Notes under the pieces: generated by a model
Told to the model about the DNA's origin: nothing
Seen by the model: only the letters and a program-made list of their open reading frames with translations
Database searches by the model: none
Translations under genes and position numbers: made by a program
DNA from: a virus
Lineage: Duplodnaviria; Heunggongvirae; Uroviricota; Caudoviricetes
IMG/VR virus record: IMGVR_UViG_3300029305_003072
Strand: one strand, 5' to 3'
Length of the DNA: 64,000 bases
Shown: in pieces, positions 16,614 through 25,901 of the stretch
How positions within the stretch are numbered: position 1 is the first letter of the stretch
How the letters are laid out: each line of letters opens with the position of its first letter

Positions 16614-17219
16614 TTAGAAAGGCAGTTCGTGGTGTTCCGCCGCCCACTGGCAAGCGATTTTGTTGTATTCCTCTGTGATGGAAGGAATGTCGATGAAAGA
16701 GCGACTTGCCATGTAGTCCGCCATGTGAACACATCTGTCCACGCTGGTGAAAGGTCTGTCCTCTCGTTCAGTAGACCATTGACCCATGTGACTTTCAACT
16801 GCGTTCAGCAGAAGAAAATGGGGAGTAAAATCGAACACCTGTTCGCACCAACCTGCAAAAGCCTTGCTTGCGTTTCTTGCGTGGTTCTTGTATTCTGCCT
16901 TGTCAAACCAATCGACACCATACTTTGCGGTATCATGGATGATACAAGCCGCAATTACGAAGTCCTTGTACTCGTCTTTCATGTAGGCGTAGGAACTCAT
17001 GCGGAGCAGTTCTTCAGCGAACATCACAACCGCCTTGGTGTGACGAACCAGACCGCCGATGCCCTGCGAAAACTGGGGATGATACTTGCCAGAAGAGGAA
17101 GCACCATCTGTCCAGAAGTAGTCAGGGGTGGCTTCTTCCATGTAAGACTTGACCGCCATACGCAGGTCTTCATTGACAATCAGATTGATTTCACGCTCAA
17201 ACAGTTTAATGGTTCTCAT
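16614..17219 (-). CDS. HD-domain metal-dependent phosphohydrolase (201 aa)
   Basis: The H...HD...D signature is present: KYHPQ, GGLVRHT and IIHDTAKYG. Confidence 0.65.
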   Translation of the reverse strand: MRTIKLFEREINLIVNEDLRMAVKSYMEEATPDYFWTDGASSSGKYHPQFSQGIGGLVRHTKAVVMFAEELLRMSSYAYMKDEYKDFVIAACIIHDTAKYGVDWFDKAEYKNHARNASKAFAGWCEQVFDFTPHFLLLNAVESHMGQWSTEREDRPFTSVDRCVHMADYMASRSFIDIPSITEEYNKIACQWAAEHHELPF

Positions 17220-17268
17220 AGTAAATTACCCTTTCTTGTGGAGCACTCGCTCCCTTGATTACATACTT

Positions 17269-17297
17269 ATTATAGCACAGACTTAATAATTTGTCAA
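17269..17297 (-). promoter_or_regulatory. promoter, family 2
   Basis: -10 at 17269-17274 and -35 at 17292-17297. Confidence 0.75.
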
Positions 17298-17305
17298 GCA
17301 CTTTT

Positions 17306-17476
17306 TTAATTTTCATTGGAAAAAGGAACACAAGCTAAAAGCTCATTAGACGCTAATTCGATAATGTATCGATACATGGTTGCATCGTCATGGAGAGTTC
17401 CCCCAAAAGATAAAACAGTATCAATAATAACTTTGTGCAATTCAGCTTTAGCCTTGCGCATTTCTTCTGCGGTCAT
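17306..17476 (-). CDS. small hypothetical protein (56 aa)
   Basis: ATG with AGAGGTGAGG upstream and a TAA stop. Its promoter is TTGATT-17-TATACT at ~17495-17540. Confidence 0.4.
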   Translation of the reverse strand: MTAEEMRKAKAELHKVIIDTVLSFGGTLHDDATMYRYIIELASNELLACVPFSNEN

Positions 17477-17614
17477 TTGCCTCACCTCTTAGGATTAGTA
17501 TACCACCAATTGCGGGAAAAATCAAGATGACAAACTGCACAAAAAATTCGATTGGAAATTTACGGGGACTAGTTATTTTGACGAATTCCGGGCGCCACAC
17601 TCGTTGGCGCACGG

Positions 17615-17652
17615 CGCAAAAAAGCCCCTGCCCCACGAATTGGGGGCAGGGG
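17615..17652 (-). terminator. rho-independent terminator (CCCCTGCCCC..GGGGCAGGGG)
   Basis: A 10-bp GC stem preceded on plus by CAAAAAAG, downstream of gene 17666-18034. Confidence 0.65.
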
Positions 17653-17665
17653 GAGGAAGGGGTCA

Positions 17666-18034
17666 TCACTGGATGACCCTGAAGAACGCCTTGCGCTTCT
17701 CCTCGATGCGCTCGACAGACACACCAATCATGCCACGCACGATGGCGCTCACTCGCTGATTAGTCAGCTCTGCGCAGGCAGGCACTTCCTTAATCAGCTC
17801 AGTGATGGAGAACAGACGATTGGGGTCTGCGCTCATGTGGGACAGAATGGCTTCTGCCACACCAGCATTGGCGACCTGCTGGGCAGTAGGCTTCTTCTCA
17901 GCAGAGTTCTTCTTCGCCAGGAGTTCCAGCTCATGCTCGATGAACTCGACCAGCGCAAGGTTGGACTTGACCTCAGCCAGGGTCAGCAGGGTGTTGAAAT
18001 GGTCCTTCTTAGTCAGCTTCTTAGTGTTTGCCAT
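17666..18034 (-). CDS. paralog family A protein, copy 1 (~122 aa)
   Basis: Start at MANTKK after the conserved leader. It shares the core ELELLAKKNSAEKKPTAQQ..VPACAELTNQRVSAIVRG.IG..VER.EEKRKA.FR with 19201-19569 and 22239-22598. Confidence 0.65.
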   Translation of the reverse strand: MANTKKLTKKDHFNTLLTLAEVKSNLALVEFIEHELELLAKKNSAEKKPTAQQVANAGVAEAILSHMSADPNRLFSITELIKEVPACAELTNQRVSAIVRGMIGVSVERIEEKRKAFFRVIQ

Positions 18035-18088
18035 AGTATCAGTTCCTTTCTGGTTTTTTAGGGTTTTCCTTCCCTTGATTACATACTT

Positions 18089-18117
18089 ATTATAGCACAT
18101 GGTTTTGAGTTTGTCAA
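18089..18117 (-). promoter_or_regulatory. promoter, family 2
   Basis: -10 at 18089-18094 and -35 at 18112-18117. Confidence 0.75.
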
Positions 18118-18683
18118 GAGGTTTTCAAAAAATATTCGCGACTATTTTTTTTATTCCCACAGCATCCTTGCGCTCACTGGACTTGTTTCTGCCCCCTGCC
18201 TTGAGTCTACTCGCACCCTTTCGTTGCTCACCACTCACCCTAGTAGGGGGGAATCTTGCGTAGGAGTTGTAGAGTTTCAATTCGCCTGTGTCTGTTTCCA
18301 CCATCTGTTGCGGTCTTGCCTCGAAGGAGTTCCCCTCTTGATTACATACTCATTATAGCACATCTTGTGCTGTTTGTCAAGTGGTTTTTCAAAAGTTTTT
18401 TGAAAAAGTTTCGGTGGTCTGATTGGTGGGACAATCTAACCCCTCTGCCCAACATTTTTCAACCCTCTGCGCCGACCCATCTGCGGGGGTTTACTTCATC
18501 CCCTTGACACTACTAATTATAGCAGATTTTTAGGAAAATGCAAGTGGTAATGTTGTACAAATAATTGGGTAAAAAACTTGTTGAACTTGTGCATTTTGCC
18601 GAATACCGGGCCGCACATCTGTGTGCGGCCGGCCGATTTTTGTGCAAATTGCACAAATTTAAATTTAATTTGGAAAAAATAAC

Positions 18684-18712
18684 GAAAAAATCGCCCTTTT
18701 GGGGCGATTTTC
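18684..18712. terminator. bidirectional terminator (ATCGCCC..GGGCGAT flanked by A- and T-runs)
   Basis: A-run, 7-bp stem and T-run; adjacent to the stop of 18713-19084. Confidence 0.65.
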
Positions 18713-19084
18713 TCAACTTTTTGGCTTGCGTTTCTGCACAAGCGTCAGTTCGTAGGCATTTTCACCAACTTTTAAGGCGATTTGACGCTCTTTATTGGTG
18801 ATTTCGACCATTTCGTAGCCATTTTCAGCCAAAAACTGAGCAATTTCGGCAATTATCGTGGCTTTTGTGGGGTTTTCCTTGCGTTTTCGCTCGGTTTTCT
18901 GCCCATTTGTCTGCCTTGTGCCAGTATTTGCGAATTTTTTGGCTTGCTTTTCGGCTTCAGGTGAGAGGTCAAAAGCCATTCGCTCACCTCTGTCGATTGC
19001 CTTGTCGTCTGCGATAATCTGTTCGGCTTCTTCTTTGGAGCATTTCAGATTTCGCATAATGCGTTCGACTTGACTTTCTGCCAT
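18713..19084 (-). CDS. paralog family B protein, copy 1 (123 aa)
   Basis: Shares the N-terminal ..S.EEA.Q.I.DDKAIDRG..M....P..EK.AKK motif with 21754-22113. Confidence 0.6.
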   Translation of the reverse strand: MAESQVERIMRNLKCSKEEAEQIIADDKAIDRGERMAFDLSPEAEKQAKKFANTGTRQTNGQKTERKRKENPTKATIIAEIAQFLAENGYEMVEITNKERQIALKVGENAYELTLVQKRKPKS

Positions 19085-19109
19085 TGGTTTACCCCCTTTC
19101 TGTACTTAC

Positions 19110-19138
19110 AGTATAGCACATCTTGGGCGGTTTGTCAA
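19110..19138 (-). promoter_or_regulatory. promoter, family 2 (TTGACA-17-TATACT)
   Basis: -10 at 19110-19115 and -35 at 19133-19138. Confidence 0.7.
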
Positions 19139-19200
19139 GACCTTTTTTGAAATTCCGTGCCCCATTTTGGGGGGGCTATTGCCCCCCCTTGGGGAGTGGC

Positions 19201-19569
19201 TCAGCGAATGGCTCTGAAATAAGCCTTTCGCTTCTCTTCCACACGCTCCACAGAGGTGCCGATGAGACCACGCACGATTGCGGACACTCGCTGATTGGTC
19301 AACTCAGCACACGCAGGCACTTCCTTGATAACCTCAGTGATGGTAAAGAGGCGGTTGGGCTGGCTCTGGAGATGAGCCACGATGGCTTCGCCGATGGAAG
19401 CATTGGCGGTCTGCTGAGCAGTGGGTTTCTTCTCAGCGGAGTTCTTCTTGGCGAGCAACTCCAACTCGTGCTCGATGAACTCCACGAGCATTGCGTTCTC
19501 CGCAACAGCGGGGATAGCCTTGAGCATTGCAAACTTCTGAGCCTTGGTAATCTTCTGAGTAGTAGCCAT
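19201..19569 (-). CDS. paralog family A protein, copy 2 (122 aa)
   Basis: See 17666-18034; it has its own promoter at 19621-19648. Confidence 0.65.
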   Translation of the reverse strand: MATTQKITKAQKFAMLKAIPAVAENAMLVEFIEHELELLAKKNSAEKKPTAQQTANASIGEAIVAHLQSQPNRLFTITEVIKEVPACAELTNQRVSAIVRGLIGTSVERVEEKRKAYFRAIR

Positions 19570-19620
19570 AGTATCAATTCCTTTCTGGTTTTTAAGACTG
19601 TCCTTGTCTTTGTGTATTTA

Positions 19621-19648
19621 TTATATCATAGGTTGAGCGATTTGTCAA
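19621..19648 (-). promoter_or_regulatory. promoter, family 2 (16-nt spacer)
   Basis: -10 at 19621-19626 and -35 at 19643-19648. Confidence 0.7.
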
Positions 19649-19903
19649 GAGGTTTTTTTGATTTTTTTGAAAATCTTTTTTGAACCTTTGGCTTTCTCTC
19701 TCCCTTTGATGTATTCATTATATCACATCTTTGGGGGTTTGTCAAGAGGTTTTTTTAAGTTTTTCAAACTTTTTTTCGGTCTGTCCGCTTGGGTCTCTCC
19801 CTTACTGACATAGATAGTATACCACATCCAAAAGCGAATTGCAATAGGCAAACTGCACAAATTACAGGAAAATTAAAAAGATTATTTTGTGCAACATTTC
19901 CTC

Positions 19904-20000
19904 TTGACAAATTGTGCGGGGCATGGTATAATGGTAAATTCGGCCGGGCACAGTCGCGCCCGGGCCGCGCAAAAAGCGAGGGTTTTACTCCTCGCTTTTC
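19904..20000 (+). ncRNA. micro transcription unit U1: rightward promoter (TTGACA-17-TATAAT), 5' GC hairpin (CGGCCGGGC..GCCCGGGCCG), A-tract, bidirectional terminator; ~65-nt RNA
   Basis: -35 at 19904-19909, -10 at 19927-19932, hairpin at 19941-19970, and terminator GCGAGG..CCTCGC+TTTT at 19976-20000. No ORF. Confidence 0.5.
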
Positions 20001-20263
20001 ACCAGCTTCCGCACTTCGCCCAGAAGCTTCTTGATTTGTGCCATCTTTTCGTAGTCGTCCACGCAGGTTTCGATGGTGTCCACCAGATGGTCAATTTCGC
20101 CATTCAGATTGGCTTCGTACTTGCGGAAGCAGACAGTATCTCTGCCATCGATGAAGATTTCGAGGGGTTCGCCCTCGCGGATGCCCATTGACCGACGGAT
20201 TTCTCTGGGGATAACCACTCTGCCGAGGTCATCAACTCTGCGGATAATTCCAGTTGCTTTCAT
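19985..20263 (-). CDS. AbrB/SpoVT-family DNA-binding protein (92 aa)
   Basis: The N-terminus GIIRRVDDLGRVVIPREIRRSMGIREGEPLEIFID matches the swapped-hairpin AbrB/MazE domain. Confidence 0.8.
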   Translation of the reverse strand: MKATGIIRRVDDLGRVVIPREIRRSMGIREGEPLEIFIDGRDTVCFRKYEANLNGEIDHLVDTIETCVDDYEKMAQIKKLLGEVRKLVKSEE

Positions 20264-20295
20264 TGTATCAGTTCCTTTCCTCTTGGATTGTCTTA

Positions 20296-20324
20296 ATTAT
20301 AGCACATTTGGTGGAGTTTGTCAA
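20296..20324 (-). promoter_or_regulatory. promoter, family 2
   Basis: -10 at 20296-20301 and -35 at 20319-20324. Confidence 0.75.
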
Positions 20325-20331
20325 GACCTTT

Positions 20332-20811
20332 TTACAAGGTCTTGCTTTCACTCACAAAGTATTTTGCATCGTATTTTTCAAGCAAGGCTTTGACTTTCTT
20401 GCTTTTCTCTTGGCTGTCGCAGTAAATGTTGAACACAGACCACTTGCCGATTTTGGGAATGTAGTTGCAAGGGATTTCTTCTGCGGTCAAATCACAATGC
20501 AGGCTTTTGGTGTAGGGGTCAAAGACAGTTGCTTCAATCTTCCAAAGCTTGTCCTTGCGTGCCTTTTCTTCAATGAGTTTTACCACATAGACACCCACCA
20601 AATTACACAGAGCCACAATTCCTGCTTTGAGGTAGAGGTCAAGTTCACACATTAAGTAAACAGTGACGATGGTGTACAGACCATAGGCAACCGCATTGAT
20701 AACTGCGGCAGACACCTTTCCGCATTTAACAGTGGCGATAGATTTTACAGTTTGAATGATAACATTGGCGATGTTCAGAGCGATGAACACAATCAGCAAT
20801 TTCGTATCCAT
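20332..20811 (-). CDS. hypothetical membrane protein (159 aa, ~3 N-terminal TM helices)
   Basis: Minus ORF with a hydrophobic N-terminal half. Confidence 0.55.
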   Translation of the reverse strand: MDTKLLIVFIALNIANVIIQTVKSIATVKCGKVSAAVINAVAYGLYTIVTVYLMCELDLYLKAGIVALCNLVGVYVVKLIEEKARKDKLWKIEATVFDPYTKSLHCDLTAEEIPCNYIPKIGKWSVFNIYCDSQEKSKKVKALLEKYDAKYFVSESKTL

Positions 20812-20905
20812 TCACTTCACTTCCTTTCTGTGGTTATTATAGCACAAATCTCTCTGTTTGTCAATACCCTTTTGGAAATTATTTTTCCGGGCGGAGCCAA
20901 AGGGG

Positions 20906-21151
20906 TTAGAACCCCCTGGCATCCTTGTCGTTGTCCTTGGCAGGCATCGGCACCGCAGGAGTGGGAGCCTTTGGCTTGTTGATAATGGCATCCACCTGCT
21001 CATAGAGTGCGTAAGCCCTCTTGGACTTCTTGTACACCTTGCGGAGTTCGGAGTAGGTGAGGGAGTTGAACTGCTCGTCGGTCATAGTGACACCGACCTT
21101 GCTGAGCTTGTTGCGGATGGACTTGAGGGACATTTCATTGAACATTTTCAT
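20906..21151 (-). CDS. hypothetical protein (~81 aa)
   Basis: Start at MKMFNEM after the leader AAAGGAACTGATACT. Confidence 0.5.
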   Translation of the reverse strand: MKMFNEMSLKSIRNKLSKVGVTMTDEQFNSLTYSELRKVYKKSKRAYALYEQVDAIINKPKAPTPAVPMPAKDNDKDARGF

Positions 21152-21246
21152 AGTATCAGTTCCTTTCTTGTTTTCTGTAATTATTATAGCACACTTTTGG
21201 ATGTTTGTCAATAGGTTTTTTGAAACTTTTTTTCTTTTGTGGGGAA

Positions 21247-21429
21247 TTAGTACCCCCCACAACCGCGGTAAGTGCGGAAGAGACTGTCAGCCTTTTCCTT
21301 GGTCATCGGACCGAACTCTTCGCAGTAGTAGCGGAAAGAGAGTTCATCCCAACACTCGACCACACAATCACCGCCGTTGCAGTAGTTCTGCATTGCGTAG
21401 TCCATGAACTGCTTGTAAGTCATACCCAT
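21247..21429 (-). CDS. hypothetical protein (60 aa, Cys-rich)
   Basis: Minus ORF with promoter TTGACA-17-TATAAT at ~21440-21475. Confidence 0.5.
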   Translation of the reverse strand: MGMTYKQFMDYAMQNYCNGGDCVVECWDELSFRYYCEEFGPMTKEKADSLFRTYRGCGGY

Positions 21430-21600
21430 TGTTGTTACCTCCTTGACTTTGTACCCTTATTATACACCCGATAATGGGAAATGTCAATAGTCAATTTGCA
21501 CAAAGATTTCGCCCCAAAAATTGTTGAAACTGGTTATTTCGCCGAAAAACCGGCGCTGGCGTACGTCAGCGCGCGGCCGAATTTTTGTGCAAAATGACGA

Positions 21601-21646
21601 AGACCCAAGGGCGCCCCCCTGGGTCTTTTCTCGGCTGTTTTGTTTT
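21601..21646 (+). terminator. rho-independent terminator (AGACCCAAGGG..CCCTGGGTCT + T-rich)
   Basis: GC stem followed by TTTTCTCGGCTGTTTTGTTTT. Confidence 0.6.
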
Positions 21647-21753
21647 AGTACCATACCCCAGGGTTGGGCGCCTTCCCCCTAGTGGTTTACCTCCAGACGA
21701 TGACAGCACACCGCCAATGGAATGGGGCCGATTGGCTCGACCCCTTAGGAGCC

Positions 21754-22113
21754 TTAGGAACGAGGGCAGGCAAGTGTGACCTTGTACTTCGTTCCATTGT
21801 GGATGAACAAGAACTCGCGTTCGGGGTTGTTGATGGTGAAATCTTCCACACCCAAAACTCGCAGACCATCCATCATTGCGGAGCAGATTTCAGCCTTTTC
21901 AGGCTTGGCTTTCTTCTCTCGCTTCACTGGGGTGGTGCTGACCTTGCGCTCGGCTTGTCTTGCCTTTTTTGCGCCTTTCTCAAGTTCGGGGTCAAGCTCA
22001 AACATCTTTGCGCCCCTGTCGATTGCTTTGTCATCCTCAATCAACTGGATTGCTTCCTCTCGGCTGATGCCGAGGCTTGCCATGTGCTTGGCAATTAACT
22101 TTTCATCAAGCAT
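21754..22113 (-). CDS. paralog family B protein, copy 2 (119 aa)
   Basis: See 18713-19084. Confidence 0.6.
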   Translation of the reverse strand: MLDEKLIAKHMASLGISREEAIQLIEDDKAIDRGAKMFELDPELEKGAKKARQAERKVSTTPVKREKKAKPEKAEICSAMMDGLRVLGVEDFTINNPEREFLFIHNGTKYKVTLACPRS

Positions 22114-22238
22114 TGACTCACTTCCTTTCTGTGATTATAGTATAGCACAGACAGAGGGATTTGTCAAGTGCTTTTTGAAAATTTTTTCGCCGGGGTCAAG
22201 GTGGGCAGGGGTTACCCCCTGCCCTTGGGGGAGTAGGC

Positions 22239-22598
22239 TTACTCCGCAATCTTGCGGAAGTATGCCTTACGCTTTTCCTCGACACGCTCAACCTTGGTGC
22301 CAATCATACCACGCACGATGGCAGAAACACGCTGGTTGGTCAGTTCCGCACACGCAGGAACAGTCTTGATGAGGTCGGTGATGGTGTAGAGGACACCATC
22401 TTCCATCGCATTGACGATGGCATCAGCGACACCTGCGTTTGCCACCTGCTGTGCGGTCGGCTTCTTTTCCGCAGAGTTCTTCTTGGCGAGCAGTTCCAGT
22501 TCGTGGGCGATGAAAGCCTGCTCATCGGCAGTCAGAGGGTAGTTGGCAGAAATCTGCTTGAAGTAGTCAGCCTTGGTCATCTTCTTGTTGTTAGCCAT
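22239..22598 (-). CDS. paralog family A protein, copy 3 (119 aa)
   Basis: See 17666-18034. Confidence 0.65.
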   Translation of the reverse strand: MANNKKMTKADYFKQISANYPLTADEQAFIAHELELLAKKNSAEKKPTAQQVANAGVADAIVNAMEDGVLYTITDLIKTVPACAELTNQRVSAIVRGMIGTKVERVEEKRKAYFRKIAE

Positions 22599-23157
22599 AG
22601 TATCAATTCCTTTCGGTTTTAACGACTTGAACCTGTCGATGAATTTATTTGTAAGAGGTTTTCCTCTTTACATACTTATTATAGCACATCTTGATTTGTT
22701 TGTCAAGAGTTTTTTTTAATTTTTTTTTCTTTGGCTTGGCTGAGCCTTTAAGCCACAGTTAGGGTGAGTCCGCTTTCACCACCAAAGAAATTGGCTTTTG
22801 TATCCTGCGTATCCACGACATTTTTTCAGCCTGCGTGGTCTGGTTCACATTTGTATTCCGCAAACAGGAACACCTTGCGGTCGGGTCATTGGTAACAAGG
22901 TCTTACTCGCTCTCGTGGGCACCCACCTTTTCGTGGTCGCCTTGCCCTCGCCTTTTGTACCCTTATTGTATCACACTTTAAGGGGTTTGTCAAGGGGTTT
23001 TCTCAATTTTTTTTGAGATTTTTTTTTCGCCCTTGGGGGCAGGCTCACCTATCTCCCCTTGACAATGATAGTATACCACAGACCGCACCAAAAGTCAATA
23101 GGTAATAATGCACAAAAACAGGAATTCAAATCAATCAAACTTTGTGTAACTTTTCTC

Positions 23158-23273
23158 TTGACAAATTGCTGGCGGTGTGGTATAATGGAAATTCCGGCGC
23201 CCACATCCGAGGGCGCCGCGCCCAAAAATTGAAATGAAAAAGCCACCCCTTGCGGGATGGCTCTTGGTTTGTT
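23158..23273 (+). ncRNA. micro transcription unit U2 (promoter TTGACA-17-TATAAT; hairpin CCGGCGCCC..GGGCGCCG; terminator AGCCACCCC..GGGATGGCT + U-rich)
   Basis: -35 at 23158-23163, -10 at 23181-23186, hairpin at 23194-23218, and terminator at 23241-23273. Confidence 0.5.
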
Positions 23274-23514
23274 ACTTTGCCAGGTGTGCCATCAGCACAC
23301 CCAGGGTCATCAGAGCGAACTCAGACTGGACGAACTGGTCGGGGTGGTTGACGAGGGCGAGGACTTCGCCAGTCAGACCATCAACGCAGTGGGCGTGGAC
23401 ACCATCCATGTCCCTCTGCATCATTTCCAGAACTGCGACCTCGGGGTCGTTGGTTTCGACAGTGACCTTGGCATCATCGTAGAAGCTCTCAACAACATAC
23501 TTGTAGTTCATCAT
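23272..23514 (-). CDS. hypothetical protein (~80 aa)
   Basis: Start at MMNYKYVV after the conserved leader. Confidence 0.5.
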   Translation of the reverse strand: MMNYKYVVESFYDDAKVTVETNDPEVAVLEMMQRDMDGVHAHCVDGLTGEVLALVNHPDQFVQSEFALMTLGVLMAHLAK

Positions 23515-23602
23515 GGTATCATTTCCTTTCTGGTGTTTGGGATTTTCCTTTCCCTTTGTTGTATTTATTATAGCACACTCTTGGGGGTTTGTCAAGGGTT
23601 TT

Positions 23603-24010
23603 TTACATTCTTTCAGAAAAATATTTGAAACCCTTTTCGCAGATTTCGAGATAAACCTCTCGGCTTACTCTCACCCACTCTTCGCTTTTTTCTACCTTGC
23701 CTTTGCAAACTGCATACAAAATTGCGTGGCACTGCCATTCGGACTTGCCGACCATGGGGCGGGGAATGGTACAAAAATCAATGTGGAACATTCCAGGGTT
23801 GGTGGTGAGATAATCTTTCATTCTGCGTTGCAGGTTGTAGCTTTTACCAACCTTTACCAAATAGATTTCTTCATGGGTAAAGGGATTGAAATTGGTGCTA
23901 CCTACAAGGTACAAACCTTCGCTTTCGGGTGCAGAGAAGCGCAGGGGGTTTGCTTCGTTAATAAATGCGGGAGTATTTCGCATAGCTTCCAAATGTTCTG
24001 CCCAAGTCAT
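23603..24010 (-). CDS. GIY-YIG / T5orf172-like domain protein (135 aa)
   Basis: GLYLVGS..(12)..EIYLVKVGKSYNLQRRMKDY resembles the GIY..YKIGxT..R motif of T5orf172/GIY-YIG modules. Confidence 0.45.
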   Translation of the reverse strand: MTWAEHLEAMRNTPAFINEANPLRFSAPESEGLYLVGSTNFNPFTHEEIYLVKVGKSYNLQRRMKDYLTTNPGMFHIDFCTIPRPMVGKSEWQCHAILYAVCKGKVEKSEEWVRVSREVYLEICEKGFKYFSERM

Positions 24011-24099
24011 TACTGTCAGTTCCTTTCTTGTTTTCTGAGTTAATTATAGCACATGATTTTGAATTTGTCAATACCTTTTTTCGCCCGGGAGGGCAGATT

Positions 24100-24768
24100 T
24101 TAGAATCTGCCCTTGACCACTTGGAAGCGATAGGCGGAATCGCCCTTGTGAACATTGCGAGTAAACTTGCGGTGAGTTGCCCAAACCGCACGCAGAATCT
24201 GCATTTCGATTTCACAATCTGCGAGGGCGGTGTGTTCCTCGACGAACTCAATGTCTCCGCTGATGAAGCGGTAGCAGATTTCTGCGGTCATCTGAACGTT
24301 TCCGCTCTTGGTTACAAAGCCATTTTCACAGCAGAATTTGTTGTACTTGGTGTACTTGCCGATGGTCTCGAAAAATGCCTGCCAAGTGTCGATGAATTCC
24401 ATTCCCTCGATACACTCAGCAACGAAAGTCTTGTTGAAGTCAAAACCGCTGTTGTGGGCGCAGGCGCAGGACACATTGTTTTCAGCAAGCCACGCAGAGA
24501 AGATTTCGCTTGCCTCTGCTTCGTTGTAGCAGATAATAGTTGCAGGGTCGCGGAGCAGGTCGCGGTAGTAGTCTTTTTTGAATTTGCCATAGAACGCAGA
24601 ATCCAAAAGTAGGTTGCCGATGACCACGATGTTGATTCTGCTGATTTCTGCTCTCTTGGTGAAAGCAATGCCAGCGCAGTGGTAGGTAGGGCAGTGCGCC
24701 TGAGAAGCACCGCCGAGGGTTTCAGTGTCGATAATTGCAAAAGTTTTTTCAGTAAACATTGGTATCAT
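24100..24768 (-). CDS. DEDDh 3'-5' exonuclease (DnaQ/epsilon-like), 222 aa
   Basis: Exo I FAIIDTETLG, Exo II AHNSGFDFNKTF and Exo III HTALADCEIEMQIL are all present. Confidence 0.8.
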   Translation of the reverse strand: MIPMFTEKTFAIIDTETLGGASQAHCPTYHCAGIAFTKRAEISRINIVVIGNLLLDSAFYGKFKKDYYRDLLRDPATIICYNEAEASEIFSAWLAENNVSCACAHNSGFDFNKTFVAECIEGMEFIDTWQAFFETIGKYTKYNKFCCENGFVTKSGNVQMTAEICYRFISGDIEFVEEHTALADCEIEMQILRAVWATHRKFTRNVHKGDSAYRFQVVKGRF

Positions 24769-24843
24769 TTCCTTTCACTTGATAAATTTATTATAGCACA
24801 GATTGTTTGATTTGTCAATACCTTTTTTTAATTTTTCCGGGGA

Positions 24844-25248
24844 TTAGCCTTGCTGTAAGGCTACTCCCCTTTCACGCAGGTATTCTGCGAACTCGTCCGC
24901 AGGAAGTTTGTCCATGAGGGTGGACATGGGCAGGTGGGAGACTTCTTTGGTGTAGTTCCACACGCACACCTCTTTGAAGTTCCTCTTGGTGACAGTATAG
25001 TGGTTCATGCCACATTTCACCAATACCTTGGGGGTCTTGAACAGACCGATGTAGGCTTCTGCATTTCTTACCTTGTTTTCACAGACCGCTTCAAAAAAGC
25101 TCTCGAAAGTGTCGTAGTAAGTGCGGTTGGTGCGGTCGAGGGATTCTTCCGCATCGAGCAGGTGCAGGTGCCACCAAATAGAAGTTTCTTCAAAATCTCT
25201 GCGAGGAGACAGAGAGATGGATTGTCCGCAATCGTAAACCAGTTTCAT
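24844..25248 (-). CDS. hypothetical protein (134 aa)
   Basis: Minus ORF with a family-2 promoter upstream. Confidence 0.5.
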   Translation of the reverse strand: MKLVYDCGQSISLSPRRDFEETSIWWHLHLLDAEESLDRTNRTYYDTFESFFEAVCENKVRNAEAYIGLFKTPKVLVKCGMNHYTVTKRNFKEVCVWNYTKEVSHLPMSTLMDKLPADEFAEYLRERGVALQQG

Positions 25249-25397
25249 GTGTATCAGTTCCTTTCCTTTGTTGATACTATTGTATCACACCTTTTGGGAT
25301 TTGTCAACTGTTATTTTGCACAAATAAATTGCACGGAAAATTGTTGAAACTGGTTATTCTGACGAAAATCGGCGCGCCTGGACCGTGAGCGCGCCGC

Positions 25398-25428
25398 CAA
25401 AAACAAACGACTGCTTTTTCAGCAGTCG
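25398..25428 (-). terminator. rho-independent terminator (ACGACTGC..GCAGTCGT with U-run on minus)
   Basis: Stem preceded on plus by AAAAACAAA, next to the GC palindrome CGGCGCGCC..GGCGCGCCG at 25366-25392. Confidence 0.6.
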
Positions 25429-25688
25429 TAAGTATAACAACCTGCGAAGGGGTCGAACCCGCATTCGTCCGCATCGGGCTCGTCCTCGCTTTCGCCCTGG
25501 GTCTGTTCCAGGTCGCGGTATCCTGCAAGGGTGTATTCCTCGTGCCACTGGTAATGGTTTCCGCAGTGGTCGCACTCGCCAACCTTAAAGAGGGTCACAG
25601 TGGTGTTGTCCACCTCAATGTCGAGAGTATCGAACTCAACAACCTCGCCCCCGCAAGTGGGGCAAACTACAATTCCAGTTTTCAGCAT
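25419..25688 (-). CDS. zinc-ribbon protein (89 aa; CPTCGG...CDHCGN)
   Basis: Minus ORF with two CxxC pairs. Confidence 0.55.
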   Translation of the reverse strand: MLKTGIVVCPTCGGEVVEFDTLDIEVDNTTVTLFKVGECDHCGNHYQWHEEYTLAGYRDLEQTQGESEDEPDADECGFDPFAGCYTYDC

Positions 25689-25691
25689 TCT

Positions 25692-25832
25692 TCATCATCC
25701 TCCAATCTTTCTTTGATTGCTTCAACGATTATCTTGCCGACCTTGACAGCCATCATCAAGGCGAATGCTCCGACAAAGCCAACCAATGCCCAGCCGATTT
25801 CTTCGGGGATTGCGCAAATCATTTCTAACATT
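25692..25832 (-). CDS. small membrane peptide (~46 aa)
   Basis: ATG after the conserved leader; the hydrophobic core is WALVGFVGAFALMMAV. ATGCTGA overlap with the next gene. Confidence 0.35.
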
Positions 25833-25901
25833 TTTATCAGTTCCTTTCTTCTTTGTGTCTTAATTATAGCACATCAATTGCCGTTTGTCAAGAGGAAATT
25901 C

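Noticed and set aside
16122-17258. 378-aa plus ORF, the longest plus ORF in the early region.
   Set aside because: Antisense to the HD-hydrolase gene and the small Cys-rich genes; GC-rich antisense frames commonly stay open; no promoter or SD.
17448-17669. 73-aa minus ORF.
   Set aside because: Spans a promoter (17495-17540) and terminator (17615-17652); the in-phase alternative 17306-17476 has an SD and is preferred.
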